This document shows positions 10,501 through 22,600 of a DNA stretch of 46,774 bases, one piece after another. The notes beneath the pieces are model-generated. The model saw nothing but the letters and a program-made list of their open reading frames with translations, made no database searches and was not told the origin of the DNA. Source of the stretch: Octopus bimaculoides. Lineage: Eukaryota. The position numbers and the translations under genes were made by a program. The stretch is taken from the NCBI RefSeq assembly GCF_001194135.2, contig NC_069004.1:846023-892796 (forward strand), given 5' to 3'. Numbering within the stretch: the first letter of the stretch is position 1; every line of letters starts with the position of its first letter.

Positions 10501-13500
10501 TGGAAGAAATCAATTCTTTGGCAGTATGTGCTGGGATGTCCTTCTTAGAGCCAAATATAGTCAATAAGGAGCAATGATCGGTTTGCAGACAAAACCTTCT
10601 GCCATGGATGAATTTGCCTTTTTTGAGATATATTTGCATATGATATATAGGTGGCTATTTTAATCCAATTCTGTTGCATATAATTGATTTTTACTTAATT
10701 GAGACATAATACTCAGTTTTTGATGTTTGACTGTCACCTTTTGGTGTAATATTATCAATTGTTGTAACACATTGTCATCTTTTGCATGTTTCTAGACAAT
10801 GCCTATGATCCAGATGTCAATGCATCTCAGCTGTGGATTGACAAGACAATCTTTAATAATAAAATCTGTTTGACATTTGTGGATAATGGAAATGGAATGG
10901 ATCCAGAGAAATTACTTAGAATGTTAAGGTAAATGTCTCCTACCACTCTATTGCTCCCCCTCTCTATTGTTTCACATTTCCCCCTTCTACTCTCTCTCTC
11001 TCTCTCACAGCCACCCCTGCACCTGTGCATGTCTGAAAAATTAAAATTGCATTGATATCTTGTTTTAGACATTTAGATTTAGTAACCATTTGAAAAGTAA
11101 TTAGTATCTTGTTGTTAATTTCATTCTTTTAAAATTTCCTCTAATATGTGATGTTTTTTTTTTTCTCTTTTAAATCCGATTCTTTTTTTCCAGTTTTGGA
11201 TTCTGTGAAAAGGTTGCCGTTAGCGGACATAAACCAATAGGGCAATATGGCAACGGCTTCAAGTCTGGTTCAATGCGTCTTGGTCGTGATGCACTTGTTT
11301 TTACCCGAAATCTGAACAGTATGAGTGTCGGCATGTTGTCACAATCATACCTCGAAGCTGTCCGGGAGGAGACTGTGCTTGTCCCTATCGTCACCTGGAA
11401 ACTTCCTCAGAGTATCCTCTCTTATATAAAATATCTCTTTTTTTTTTTTTTCTCTTTTACTTGTTTCAGTCATTGGACTGCAGCCATACTGGAGCACTGT
11501 CTTGAATGGTTTAGGGAAACAAATCAACTGCAGTACCCTCTTTTGACAAACTACTAAGTCACAAGGATGTAAACAAACCAACACCAGTTCCCAAATGGAT
11601 GGGTGAATGGGACAGATGCACACACAGTTTCCATTTTACTAAATTCACTCACAAGACATTGGTTAGCCCAGGGCTATTGTACAAGACACTTGCCTAAGAT
11701 GCCGTGCACTGAGACTGAACCCCAGACCACCAATTTGCAAGATATATATTTGTAAAATGTGTGTATTGGTGGTGGTGATGATGGACTGCCTGAAATTTTG
11801 GAGTGTATCATTTTGTAATTCTAACATTTTATCCCTAATCCCTGAACCATGATTAAGGCAGCAAGTTGGCCGACTCCTTAGCCTGCCAGGCAAGATGCTT
11901 GGCAGCATTTCCTCCATCTTTACGATCTCCGTTTAAATTCAACTGAGGTCGACTTTGCTTTTTATCCTTTCAGGGTCGATGAAATAAGTACCAGTCAGGC
12001 CCTGGGGTCAGTGTAATCAACTTAACCCCTCCCCCGAACTTGCTGGCCTTGTGCCAAAATTTGAAATCAATATTATCCATAATTCACCAGATCTAAAGAC
12101 ATTAGCAGTAATACAGTTGGGGTACTGGATGATTTGAGCAAACTCAAGCAAAGCATTCGGCCTGGAGTGTCATCCAGCAGACTTCAAGTGTATGTCTCTT
12201 TGTTCTACCAAAGCATCACAGAATGGTATCTATTCTTGTATGTATTTCTGGTTTTCCCATGTCTCTGTTTCCTTATCTGTTCCTCTTAGAAACTCGCTCT
12301 GCCAACCAAGGGAGTTTAAACAACTTAAGAGCAATTCTCAAGTACTCTATATTTCGCAAAGAAAGCAGCTTACTTGAGGAACTTGGCACTCTTGAAATGC
12401 TCAAAACTGGAACCAAAATTATTATCTACAATTTGAAAAGGTAGGAAACTTTTGTTACTCTACAGTGTAGAATTTTTCAAAATTAAATTTGGTCTGTGCT
12501 TGATTGTTATGATTTTTCCAACATTACTCTACAGTAATCTGTAAATTTTATGCAAACTATACAGTTTTATCACATGACAATCATTTTTACTACTTAAAAT
12601 GAACACACACACACTCTCTCTGTCACTCTCTCTCTCTCTCTCTCAGGTAGATTCTTGTTGTCTTGTCGTTCCAAGAACATAGTTATGCCATTGTATTATT
12701 TATTGTTTCCTTGTTTCAGGGGCAATGATGGCAAGCTCGAACTGGACTTCGAAAGTGATTCTGCCGACATCCGAAATCCAGAGAGTCACGAGTTTGATTA
12801 CTCCTCTATCAACCGTCCTCTCAGCCAGTACTCACCCGAGTACCGTAGATCACTTAGAGTAAGTTGGATTACCTTTCTTCACTTGCCATCCTCCAATATT
12901 TTAAAAAACTTTTTCATCATTCATGTCGGCATGAATTTAGACAGGAGCCAGCCAGGTAGAAAAGCTACCCAAGGCTACAGTGTCTGTTTTGGCAGGGATT
13001 TTACGGCTGGATGCCCTTCCTAACACCAACCACTCCGCAGAGTGGACTCAGTGCTTTTTACGTGGCACAAGCACTATATATGGATTGATCAGAGAAGTGA
13101 AGTGAAAACACGGATGTTTATTCCTTCAGTTTACAACTGTTAATTGCATAATTGACATTAAATCACCACATAAAATATAAATAAGATGTATATATATAAT
13201 ATACAAATGTATATATATATAATATACAATGGCTTCTTTCAGTTTCCATCTATCAAATGGTGGTGATTGTTGTGGTTGTTGTAAATGGTTAATTTTGGTT
13301 CTGTTGCTTTAACTCCATCTTCTCTGACTTTCAGGAATACTGTTCCATCCTCTATTTGAAACCTAGGATGAAGATTATACTTCGAGGTAAAAAAGTTCAA
13401 ACCAAATTAATTTCAAAGAGTTTGTCCAGAACAGAAACAGACATCTATCGACCTACCTGGCTTGTATCCTTTTTCAAAATTACCATACATGTAGGTATGT

Positions 13501-16500
13501 ACGTGTGTGTGTGTGTGTGTGCTGCTGTCTTTTAATGTCTCTCATTTGCCATCTGTTTGTAGTAGCTAAGGTGCACTGAATCTATAGTGATGGATAGGCT
13601 CAGAAAGAAACCCACCAAAAGATGAAATTGTTGTTGGAGCCGGTTCCAGGCAAAGTCTTGATTGATCAGATTTTATTGATGACTTGTTTGATATTTTAGC
13701 AAATCGCAACATCAGATATAGTGATCTGATTGTTAATATTCCTGCCTAAACCTGAATATGTGCAGCTGAAATTGAGGTGTATCTAATGTGCCTGTGCATC
13801 TTTTATGCCATCAAATATGTTGGTAATTTCTTAAATTGGTATAGAGCTATTTTCTAGTGATAAATCATGCTACAGTATTCTGTCAGTATTCCTTCAGTAT
13901 TCTGTCAAATGCAATGTTTATTCACAGTCTTGAATTATCCATTCCTCATCTTATAGCTTCAGGATTTTGATGAGATGACGGGTTATCCTTAGAATGACAT
14001 TGTATGGTAAGTGTGAGAGGCCAGATCTAGCCAGTTTAAAACCTAAAACTGATAGAAATTTGTGCCAGATATGGTCAGTTTAAAATGCCAAAGGGTTAAG
14101 ACATTGTGTGTTTCCCTTCAGGCCACTTATTTCATAGTGAGGTATGAACCTTATTGAATCTACACTATTATATATTACTGCATGAAGAAATTGCCCGTTT
14201 CCTTAGCTTTGCTTCCAGCCAAAACCGATTCTGCTTACGTTCGGCTTCAGTCCAAACAAGAATGAATTTGATTCAGAAAATTATGGTGTGTTGATGTATC
14301 ATCGGAACCGATTGATCAAAGCCTATGAGAAAGTCGGTTACCAGCGGCAGGTAAGTTTCTATTCTCCTCTTTCTTTTTGCAGTCTTATGTGACCAATTGT
14401 TTAACCCTTTTGGTGCCAACCCGTCTGAGATCTCTTCTGGTCCCATGATAGAAACTTCCTGTTTTGAAGTGCTGAATTTAAGTTTCTGTCTAAATTTCAT
14501 GTTAAAAATACGTCTCAAATACCATCTTAATAATAATGGTTATTTCACTTCGTTATTTTCAATATTAATTGAAATGGCAGAGTGAGCTGCAAAAGATTGT
14601 TAGCATGCTTGGCGAAATGTCTAGCAGCATTTGGCTGTCTTTACATTCTGATTTCAAATTCCAGTGAGGTCAGCTTTGTCTCTCATCCTTTCAGGGTCGA
14701 TGAAATAAATACCAGTCATGTACTGGGGTCAATGTAGTCTGCTTCTCCTTCTCCTGTAAATACTGGTCTTGTGCCAAAATTTGAAATCAGTATCAATGGA
14801 AGTGAAGGTAGCATATTTCAACAGAAATTTAGCACAAGGGCTAGTCAGGCGGTACTGGCATCAACCATGCTCAAATGATGCTTTTTACATGCCACCTGCA
14901 CAGGAGCCAGTCAGGCGACGCTGGTTATATATATATATATATGCTTACCATCCTTCTGGGGTTGATATTATTGACCAGGTCACTCCGCCAAATCTCAGGC
15001 CTTTTGCCTATGTTATATAAGCCACAGGTTTGTAGCCCCATGATTGTGTGAGACTAATTGCTTCAATCAACACCAGTAGATTATTTACACACAACAGCCA
15101 GCAGTATTTGAACACAGAACCTAAAGGGCTGACATTGACTAGGCTTCTCTACAGTCTCCTCACCTCCCTTTTCTCTCCACCCCCTTATAAACTACAACAT
15201 TCTCTTTTTTGTTCCAGGCCAATGAACTTGGTGTTGGTGTTGTCGGAGTTGTTGAGGTGGATTTTCTTGATCCCATTCACAACAAACAAGATTTTAAACG
15301 AACAGACCGATATAAGTAAGTCTTTCTCCCTATCTCTGTCCGAAAACACACTTTTATTTATATATTTCATATAGAGCAATTGATGTCCCTTTGGTTGTTG
15401 GTTACAATTTTCCAACACACCAATCACTGGTCAGTCCATATTTCTTCATAAGGAACATAGGGCTGGTTTCTCTGTTGTATATATGTTCCTCCCTGGACAG
15501 GACACTGATCCATTGCACGAAAGTACCAGTCAAATACTGGGCTCAATGTAACCAACTTCCTCCTCCTCCTCTCGAAATTGCTGGCCTTGTGCCAAAATTA
15601 GAATGAATTACTAATTTGTTTGAATCTCATTATTGATCTGCAACCATCAATGTTTATTGTTTGCTAATTCTAATTTCTGTCTCTTTTTTGCAGTACCTTC
15701 ATGACATCGTTAGGGACCAAATTAAATGACTACTGGAATGAGAAGTGTGGTGGTAGTAGCAGTGTGAAGATCCAGTCAGTGTCTAGTGCCACTGGGTGAG
15801 TAGGAGATGTTGTGGAACAAATCCCTTTTTTTTTAGAAATTGTAATATAAAATAATTGGGCTGCTTCACTGGAAGGAAGCTTACACACACACTGGCATAT
15901 TCTTTTATTGGTTTTAGTCATCAGTTCAAGGTCATGCTGGAGCATCACTTTTACTTGTTTAGTTGATCAATTCATGTCCCAATGCTTACTCCCTACTTGA
16001 TGCCTGCTTTCAAATACATTCAGGCTTTACACAATCATAATGTAGCATAAGTTTGTTATTCTATTTGGAAAATCGCATGAGGGATATCATCATCATCATT
16101 TAACATCCCCTTTCCCATGTTCGCATGGGTCAGACAGACTTTATTTAGGCAGATCTTCTACGACTGGATGCTCTTCCTGTTGGCAAACACAGAACTTGTT
16201 TGGCCTTGGAAATAAACGAAAACCACTTGTACAACAGTGATGTTCGCTTGCAAAACAAGAGTACACACAGACCCACCCGCCCTACACCCTACACACATCT
16301 TTTATCCTGGATCTGTGGGGTTCCTAGAGGAAGGTCTTCCTGTACCAGGAGGCATAAGGTACATCATAATCTTCTTTCATTGTTTGTGTGCCCTGTATTG
16401 CTTTGCAAGCGAAAGGCCCCCAATTGCACGACCTGGTACCTCTAAACTCATTCTTTAGAGGCAGTGGACTGGCATGGCTGGCAGCACCATGGACGAAAAG

Positions 16501-17280
16501 CTTAGCAGCAGCAGCAGCGGAGTTTCGTCTGTCAAGGTCAGCTGTGCCCTTCATCCTTTTTAGGGTTGTTAAAATAAGTACCACTCAAGTGCTGGGCTTG
16601 ATGTAATTGATTTGCCCCTCCCCTCAAAAACTTCTCTCCCTCTGCCAAAATATGAAACCATTATTTGTGTGCCATGTATATTTGTATTTCATGTTTTCTT
16701 TCTTTTTTTTCCTTTTTTCTTTATTTGATTTTTTTCCATGTAAATACCCACATTATGTATATCTTTGAGATTGGTCCCTGCATCCGTCACCCTGGTAGCA
16801 AGTAAAAGAAAATCATTATTATTATTATTATTAATTGGTAGTGTCAGAAAAAATGCCTTGTGGTGTTTATTGTTTGACTTTTCCAAGTTAAAATCCTGCC
16901 AGGGTTGATAAAATAAAATCCCAGTCAAGCAGTGGGGGATCGTTGGTGTCTACCGCTGCCCTCATCCTGCTCTAAATTACTGACCTTGTGCTTGAATTTA
17001 AAAAAAACATTATTTGGCAGAATTGTTAATGTTGGAACAGTGCCTTGTGGTATTTGTTCTAGCTCTCCATGTTCTGAGACTCAAACAAAATATCAGTCAC
17101 TTACTGAGGTCAATGAAATATCATACTCCCCTGAAAATGGCGAGCTTTTTGCCTAAATTAGAAACAATTATTGTCACATAAAATCGACTAGCGCCCCCCC
17201 CCCCCNNNNNNNNNNNNNNNNNNNNNNNNNNNNNNNNNNACACACAAAAAAATCAAGCCCTTGTGTCTTTAGTAGGAAAG

Positions 17281-17313
<33 letters not shown>

Positions 17314-18085
17314 TTTGTGGCGAGTTGGAAGAATCATTAGGATGCTGGACGAAATGCTTAGCAGTATTTTGTCCATCTTTGCATTCTGAGTTCAGATTCC
17401 GCCAAGGTCGATGTTTGCCTTTCATCCTTTTGGGCTTGATCCTCTCCCCCAAAATTGGTGCCCTTATGGCCAAATTTGAAACCATTATTATTATTATTAT
17501 TATTTTCACTTGCTTTAATAATCTTTTTCCCTCCTGACTTCTAGAACGCTGTTTCCTTCGTATGTATTACCTCATATTACTACTACTACTACTACTCCTC
17601 CTCCTCCTCCTCCTGCTTTTGCCTGCTATTTTTACACTAGTTTGTAGCTGAATGCTTTCTCCCTTTTGTTCTCTTGTCATCACTGGATATTTGGTCTTTA
17701 GATTGTAGTCAATTTGTGTTCCAACCACCAGCATACTACTGTACACTGATTCTCACATACCTGTTACATATGTTTCGTTGTTTGTTCATTTATGTCAGCA
17801 GCTGTTTTTACATCAGTTTTAGATAATGGTGGTGAGTGTTGTTATCTCTGTGTGTTACGAGGAAATGCAGTTTGCATATCATATATCATATACATATATT
17901 AATATTTAGCAGAAGTAAAAGAGTGATGCAAGGCCCGGGAATGTCGTGCAGTGGCACTTATCAATAAGCTTGATGAGTGCCAACTCCCAGAACTCTCGGA
18001 CCTTGAGTCACTCTGTTAAATATTAATAAAAATATACATAACTCATGTTTTGAGTTCTATTTTTCCTGTTTGCATCAACATACCT

Positions 18086-18129
<44 letters not shown>

Positions 18130-18139
18130 NNNNNNNNNN

Positions 18140-18182
<43 letters not shown>

Positions 18183-19041
18183 TTTTGTTACACATATACA
18201 GGGTAAATTGTCACTATTTTATATTCTTAATTTCGCACATGCACATTGTCTTTGATTTTGTCGACTACACAATATGGTAGGGTCAGTTGGGCACCATCTT
18301 TGAGAAAAACAGCACCATGACACAATTCACCCGGCCAGAAATTCGGAAAGACATGCTGTACTACTTGGTATTTGAGCCGGAAGCTCCAATGTGAACATTT
18401 CAGAGTGTTTGGGTGTCAATCAGAGGACAGTGCAGAAGATTCAGAAAGAGTTGGAGGAGTCTAATGGTGATTGCGAAGGTAGGGCAGCTCAGAAAACACA
18501 CTCTGATCGTTCTGATAAGAAAAGAACACCTGAATTTGTTGGTGAGATCCAGGCCATGATTGACAACGGTCCCTGCAAGTCAGTCAGGTCCATCAACAGG
18601 AACATGGGACTGTCTGAGGTTTTTTATCAATCAGGCAGTGCATAAAAACATTCGGTATTCCTCGTACAAGATGAAGAAGGACCAATTTTTATCCCAAGCC
18701 ATCAAAGACAAGAGGAAAGACTGCTCTGCAAAGCTTTTCAACAAACTCAAGCTTCCCCTCCAATTGAATACGTTTTGGTTTTTCTCCACCAAGAAAAATT
18801 TCTGCCAGGATCAGATGGTGAACACACAAAACACACATGCTGTGTCCCCAAAACATGTACTGAGAGTGAAAATTTGCTGAGGCAGATTTTCTATAGTTGG
18901 ATGCCCTACCTGTCACCAACCCTCACCTGTTTCCGAGGAAGGTGATATTTGCCCATCACCAGATCAGTTTCCGTGGAAGATTGGAGATGAAGGGCATCAC
19001 ATGCACAAAGGTGGCACACAATGTCAGGGCAAGGACTCAGT

Positions 19042-19076
<35 letters not shown>

Positions 19077-19568
19077 GTCTTCTAGAAAACTATTGATGTG
19101 TCTATGACATCTGATGGATTAGTTGTTTGGTCTGATGTAAATCCACCTGCTGTTCTGTTTCTTATCCAATGACTGTGAAACATGTGGCAGCCAGTTATTG
19201 GTCATTCACTTAACACATGCATGTAGGATTTCAGAGTGTGTTTAATGAAAAGTTTTTTTTTTTTTTTTTTTTTTTTTTTACATGGTGTACCATGATTTTG
19301 TTGTTTTTGTTTTTCCCTACAATTATACTAACATGAATGTTTACTAATTCTGTCTTAACATAATCAGTCAGCACTTCAATAATTCCAACCCAACCACCGT
19401 AGTCCACGCTTTTAGTTGTATCATTCTCTCATTCACTAAATCATAAACCTTCCACTTTCTGCCTCTGTAGCAATTAGAGACTAAGAGACGTTTTGGCAGA
19501 GCCATTTTGATGCTGTTCGTTTGGCATTGCTGATTCAGTGCTGACTTTTCTGACATCAGACATTTCCA

Positions 19569-19629
<61 letters not shown>

Positions 19630-22600
19630 CTCTCTCTCTCTCTCTCTCTACCATGTTTTCCAACATATAAGTTGATGTAGTACATAGTGTAAGCATTCAA
19701 CCATTGTTCACTATCTTCCCAAACCTTGCTGCATTTCTCATGGAATCTTTGGTCCTCCAAAGTCATTTTGGTGTTGTTGGAGTCAATCTACCTGTTTTGG
19801 CTGTAAATTTTGGTCTGAAAATCTCGACTTTTTATGCCAGAAAACACTTCCATTCACACACAAATGTGTGTGTGTGTTTGCTTCTGCACCAAAAATTACT
19901 ATTGCCAAAACCGGTTAACTCTCCCCTCAGCCATGCCGACTGATCAGCATCTCAGCAGCCATGCCTCAACTGTCTCGTTCCGCTTGTTCGCAGCTGAGTT
20001 CTTTTTAACTGTAGTTAGCTGTTATCCGTTTTCCTCTCAAGTCTTCATTTTGCCATGAAGTCTGCATCGACAGTGGATTGTAGCAGCTTCTGTTGTTACT
20101 CTGAGTATCTGAGTACTCAACTGGTTCTTTGCATCAATTCTTTGAGAATTGTAGAGGAATTGCAATGTTATTGTCTATGTTTGTGATGATATTTCTGAGA
20201 GTTAACCAGTGACTCCCAAACATTTTATTCCACTGCAAATACATCATCATCATCATCACCATCATCATCACCATCATCATCATCATTTAGCATTTGGTTT
20301 CCATGCTGGCATTATCATTATTTGGAGAGCTGATAGAATCTTTAGCATGTTGGGAAAAAGGCTTGACAGCATGCCATCCATCTTCATGTTCTGGGTTCAA
20401 ATTCCACTGAGGTTGACTTGGCTTTTTATCCTTTTAGGGTCATTAAAATTGGTAGCAGTGGTGCACTGGGGTCAGTCAGTACAATTGACTTAACCCCCCC
20501 CCCTCAAAATTGCTAGCCTTCTGCCAAAATTTGAAACCATTGTTATTATTATTATTATTAATATTCCTTTCAAGTATTGGGCCCCATGGAGGCAATGATT
20601 GAGACCTTTAGCATTATTTTGTGCTTGAGCAGAAGATCCATCATATTTATACTCTGTTGCAACTATTTTGGTTCCAGCCTGCTTGAGATTATCCCTGATT
20701 CTCTGGTACAAACTGGTTTTAACGTAATCTCGACCAACCCATTGGCATTCGGATTATTCTGTCTCAAATGTAATGCTTATTTATTCACATTGTTTTAAAT
20801 TAATCTTGCATTATCTCAAAGCGTTGAGATAATGATACTGTAGGGTTGGAGTGAGAGGCCAGACAGGGAGACTGTTTAGACCTGATACGGCCATTTAAAT
20901 AGTAAAGGGTCAAAACAGCCATCAAAATTCCATGTGGATCTGTTTCAAATGTCAGCTTAATAACAACAAAATTCTTCATTTTTCATAATTATTTACAAAG
21001 GCAGTGTTCTTAAGCAGCAATATGGCACCAAAAGGGTTCACTAATGAATTCTTTAATCATCATCAGGATGTTTTATTCATGGATGTGTACATAGTAGCAG
21101 ATTGGATTTGAAGCTGGAACTTTTTATGTCTAGACAAATGGTAAATGCTGTTAAACCAAACGCTACATCGGATTAAAGGATGTACTTATCCAGGAATAAG
21201 ACGAGATTAATTACAATCTTAAGTAACTACAGTTATTAATGTTGTTGTTTAATTAGTCCTGATGAAGCAGGCCTCTGAGCAAAGAGTTCCAGAAGGGAAT
21301 TTATAAACAGAGGGTTTTTATCCATGACTATCCCATCTTTTATTCAGATATAGGACCCTGAGGACCACATTATCCAATATGTCCTTCACCTTTGAAGACA
21401 AGTGAGATTTGGCTGCTATTTTTAGCAGATTGAATACAAATATTTGCCTAATAGTAGTTGTAATTTTCTGCCTGTTCACCAAAATTCCTTGATTTATTTT
21501 TACAGAGTTGCTCCAGAACCTGACTGGTTGTGGGTGCAGTGTGATAACTGCTTGAAATGGCGCCGTCTGCCAACTGGGATTGGGTTCCGAGACTTACCAG
21601 AGAAATGGTATTGTCACATGAACCCTGATGCCTCTCATAAGTAAGAACTTTTCCTTCCAACTCTTTGAATTGGACGGCATTTTCATCAGTCATGGATGTA
21701 TGTGTGTCTGTGAATTTGTCGATGTTGGTGTATGCGTGTGAGAACTGTTATTGCTGTATGTGTGTGTGTACTAATTACTGCATCTGAGGACAAAAAACAC
21801 CCACAGATACATTAGGCACATCCCAATTTGAACAACAGATATCCAGAGGAAAAGTTTTTTGTGCACTCAAGCATGTAATATAAGTCGAAACTTCACATAC
21901 AAGATCCAGGTGGTTTTTTTTTCTTGTTAAGGTTGTTTTGGAGAAGAAATTGTGACTTATATGCCATCAAATACATTAGGCTGGTATTTTGTGTGTGTCC
22001 GTGTGTCCCCCATATAAATCAGTTGTTGGTGTGTATGTATCTATTATCAATCATTATGGTGTGTATGTTGGTCTGTGTGTAGTATTGGTGCCTCATTGTT
22101 TTGATGTGTGTGTAGTCTTGTGTATAATATTGGGTGTGTGAGTGTGTAATATTAGTGTACAATGTGTAGATGTAGTTGTGTGTGTAGTGTTGGTGTAACT
22201 CTTACACATTGTATTTTCAGTCGATGTGATGTTGAAGAGGAACCAGAAGATGAAGATGAAGCCCTCCGTCGACCCTCCTATGAAAAAACATTCAAAAAAG
22301 CTCAGTAAGTATCATTCACATAAGGTTCCATCTCTTCCTCAATGCATTTCATTTCAGACTCTCCTCCCATGCCATCACCATTATAGTAGTTGCTGCATTA
22401 GTAGATTAACAATATTTGTTATTGTGTGCATATTATATTGATGTAATTAAGTTTGTTTCCCAACCACATGACTTCAAGTTCAATTCCACTGCATGGCACC
22501 TTAGGCAAGTATCTTTTATAACCCCAGACCGACCAAAGCCTTGTGAGTGGATTTCCGAGATGGAAACTGGTGTGTGCGTGTGTGTTACTGTCTCCTTTGT

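Larger units (their letters stand above)
11412..12289 (+). other. U12-type (minor spliceosome) GT-AG intron, MORC intron 4
   Basis: 5'ss GTATCCTCT against consensus RTATCCTTT; branch-like TTTCCTTATC at 12268-12277, 12 nt upstream of the intron end. Confidence 0.75.

Noticed and set aside
12091-12189. Possible 99-nt poison exon inside MORC intron 4 (caccag acceptor, gtatgt donor, in-frame TGA)
   Set aside because: It would need mixed U12/U2 splice-site pairing and has weak signals; it cannot be supported without RNA data.
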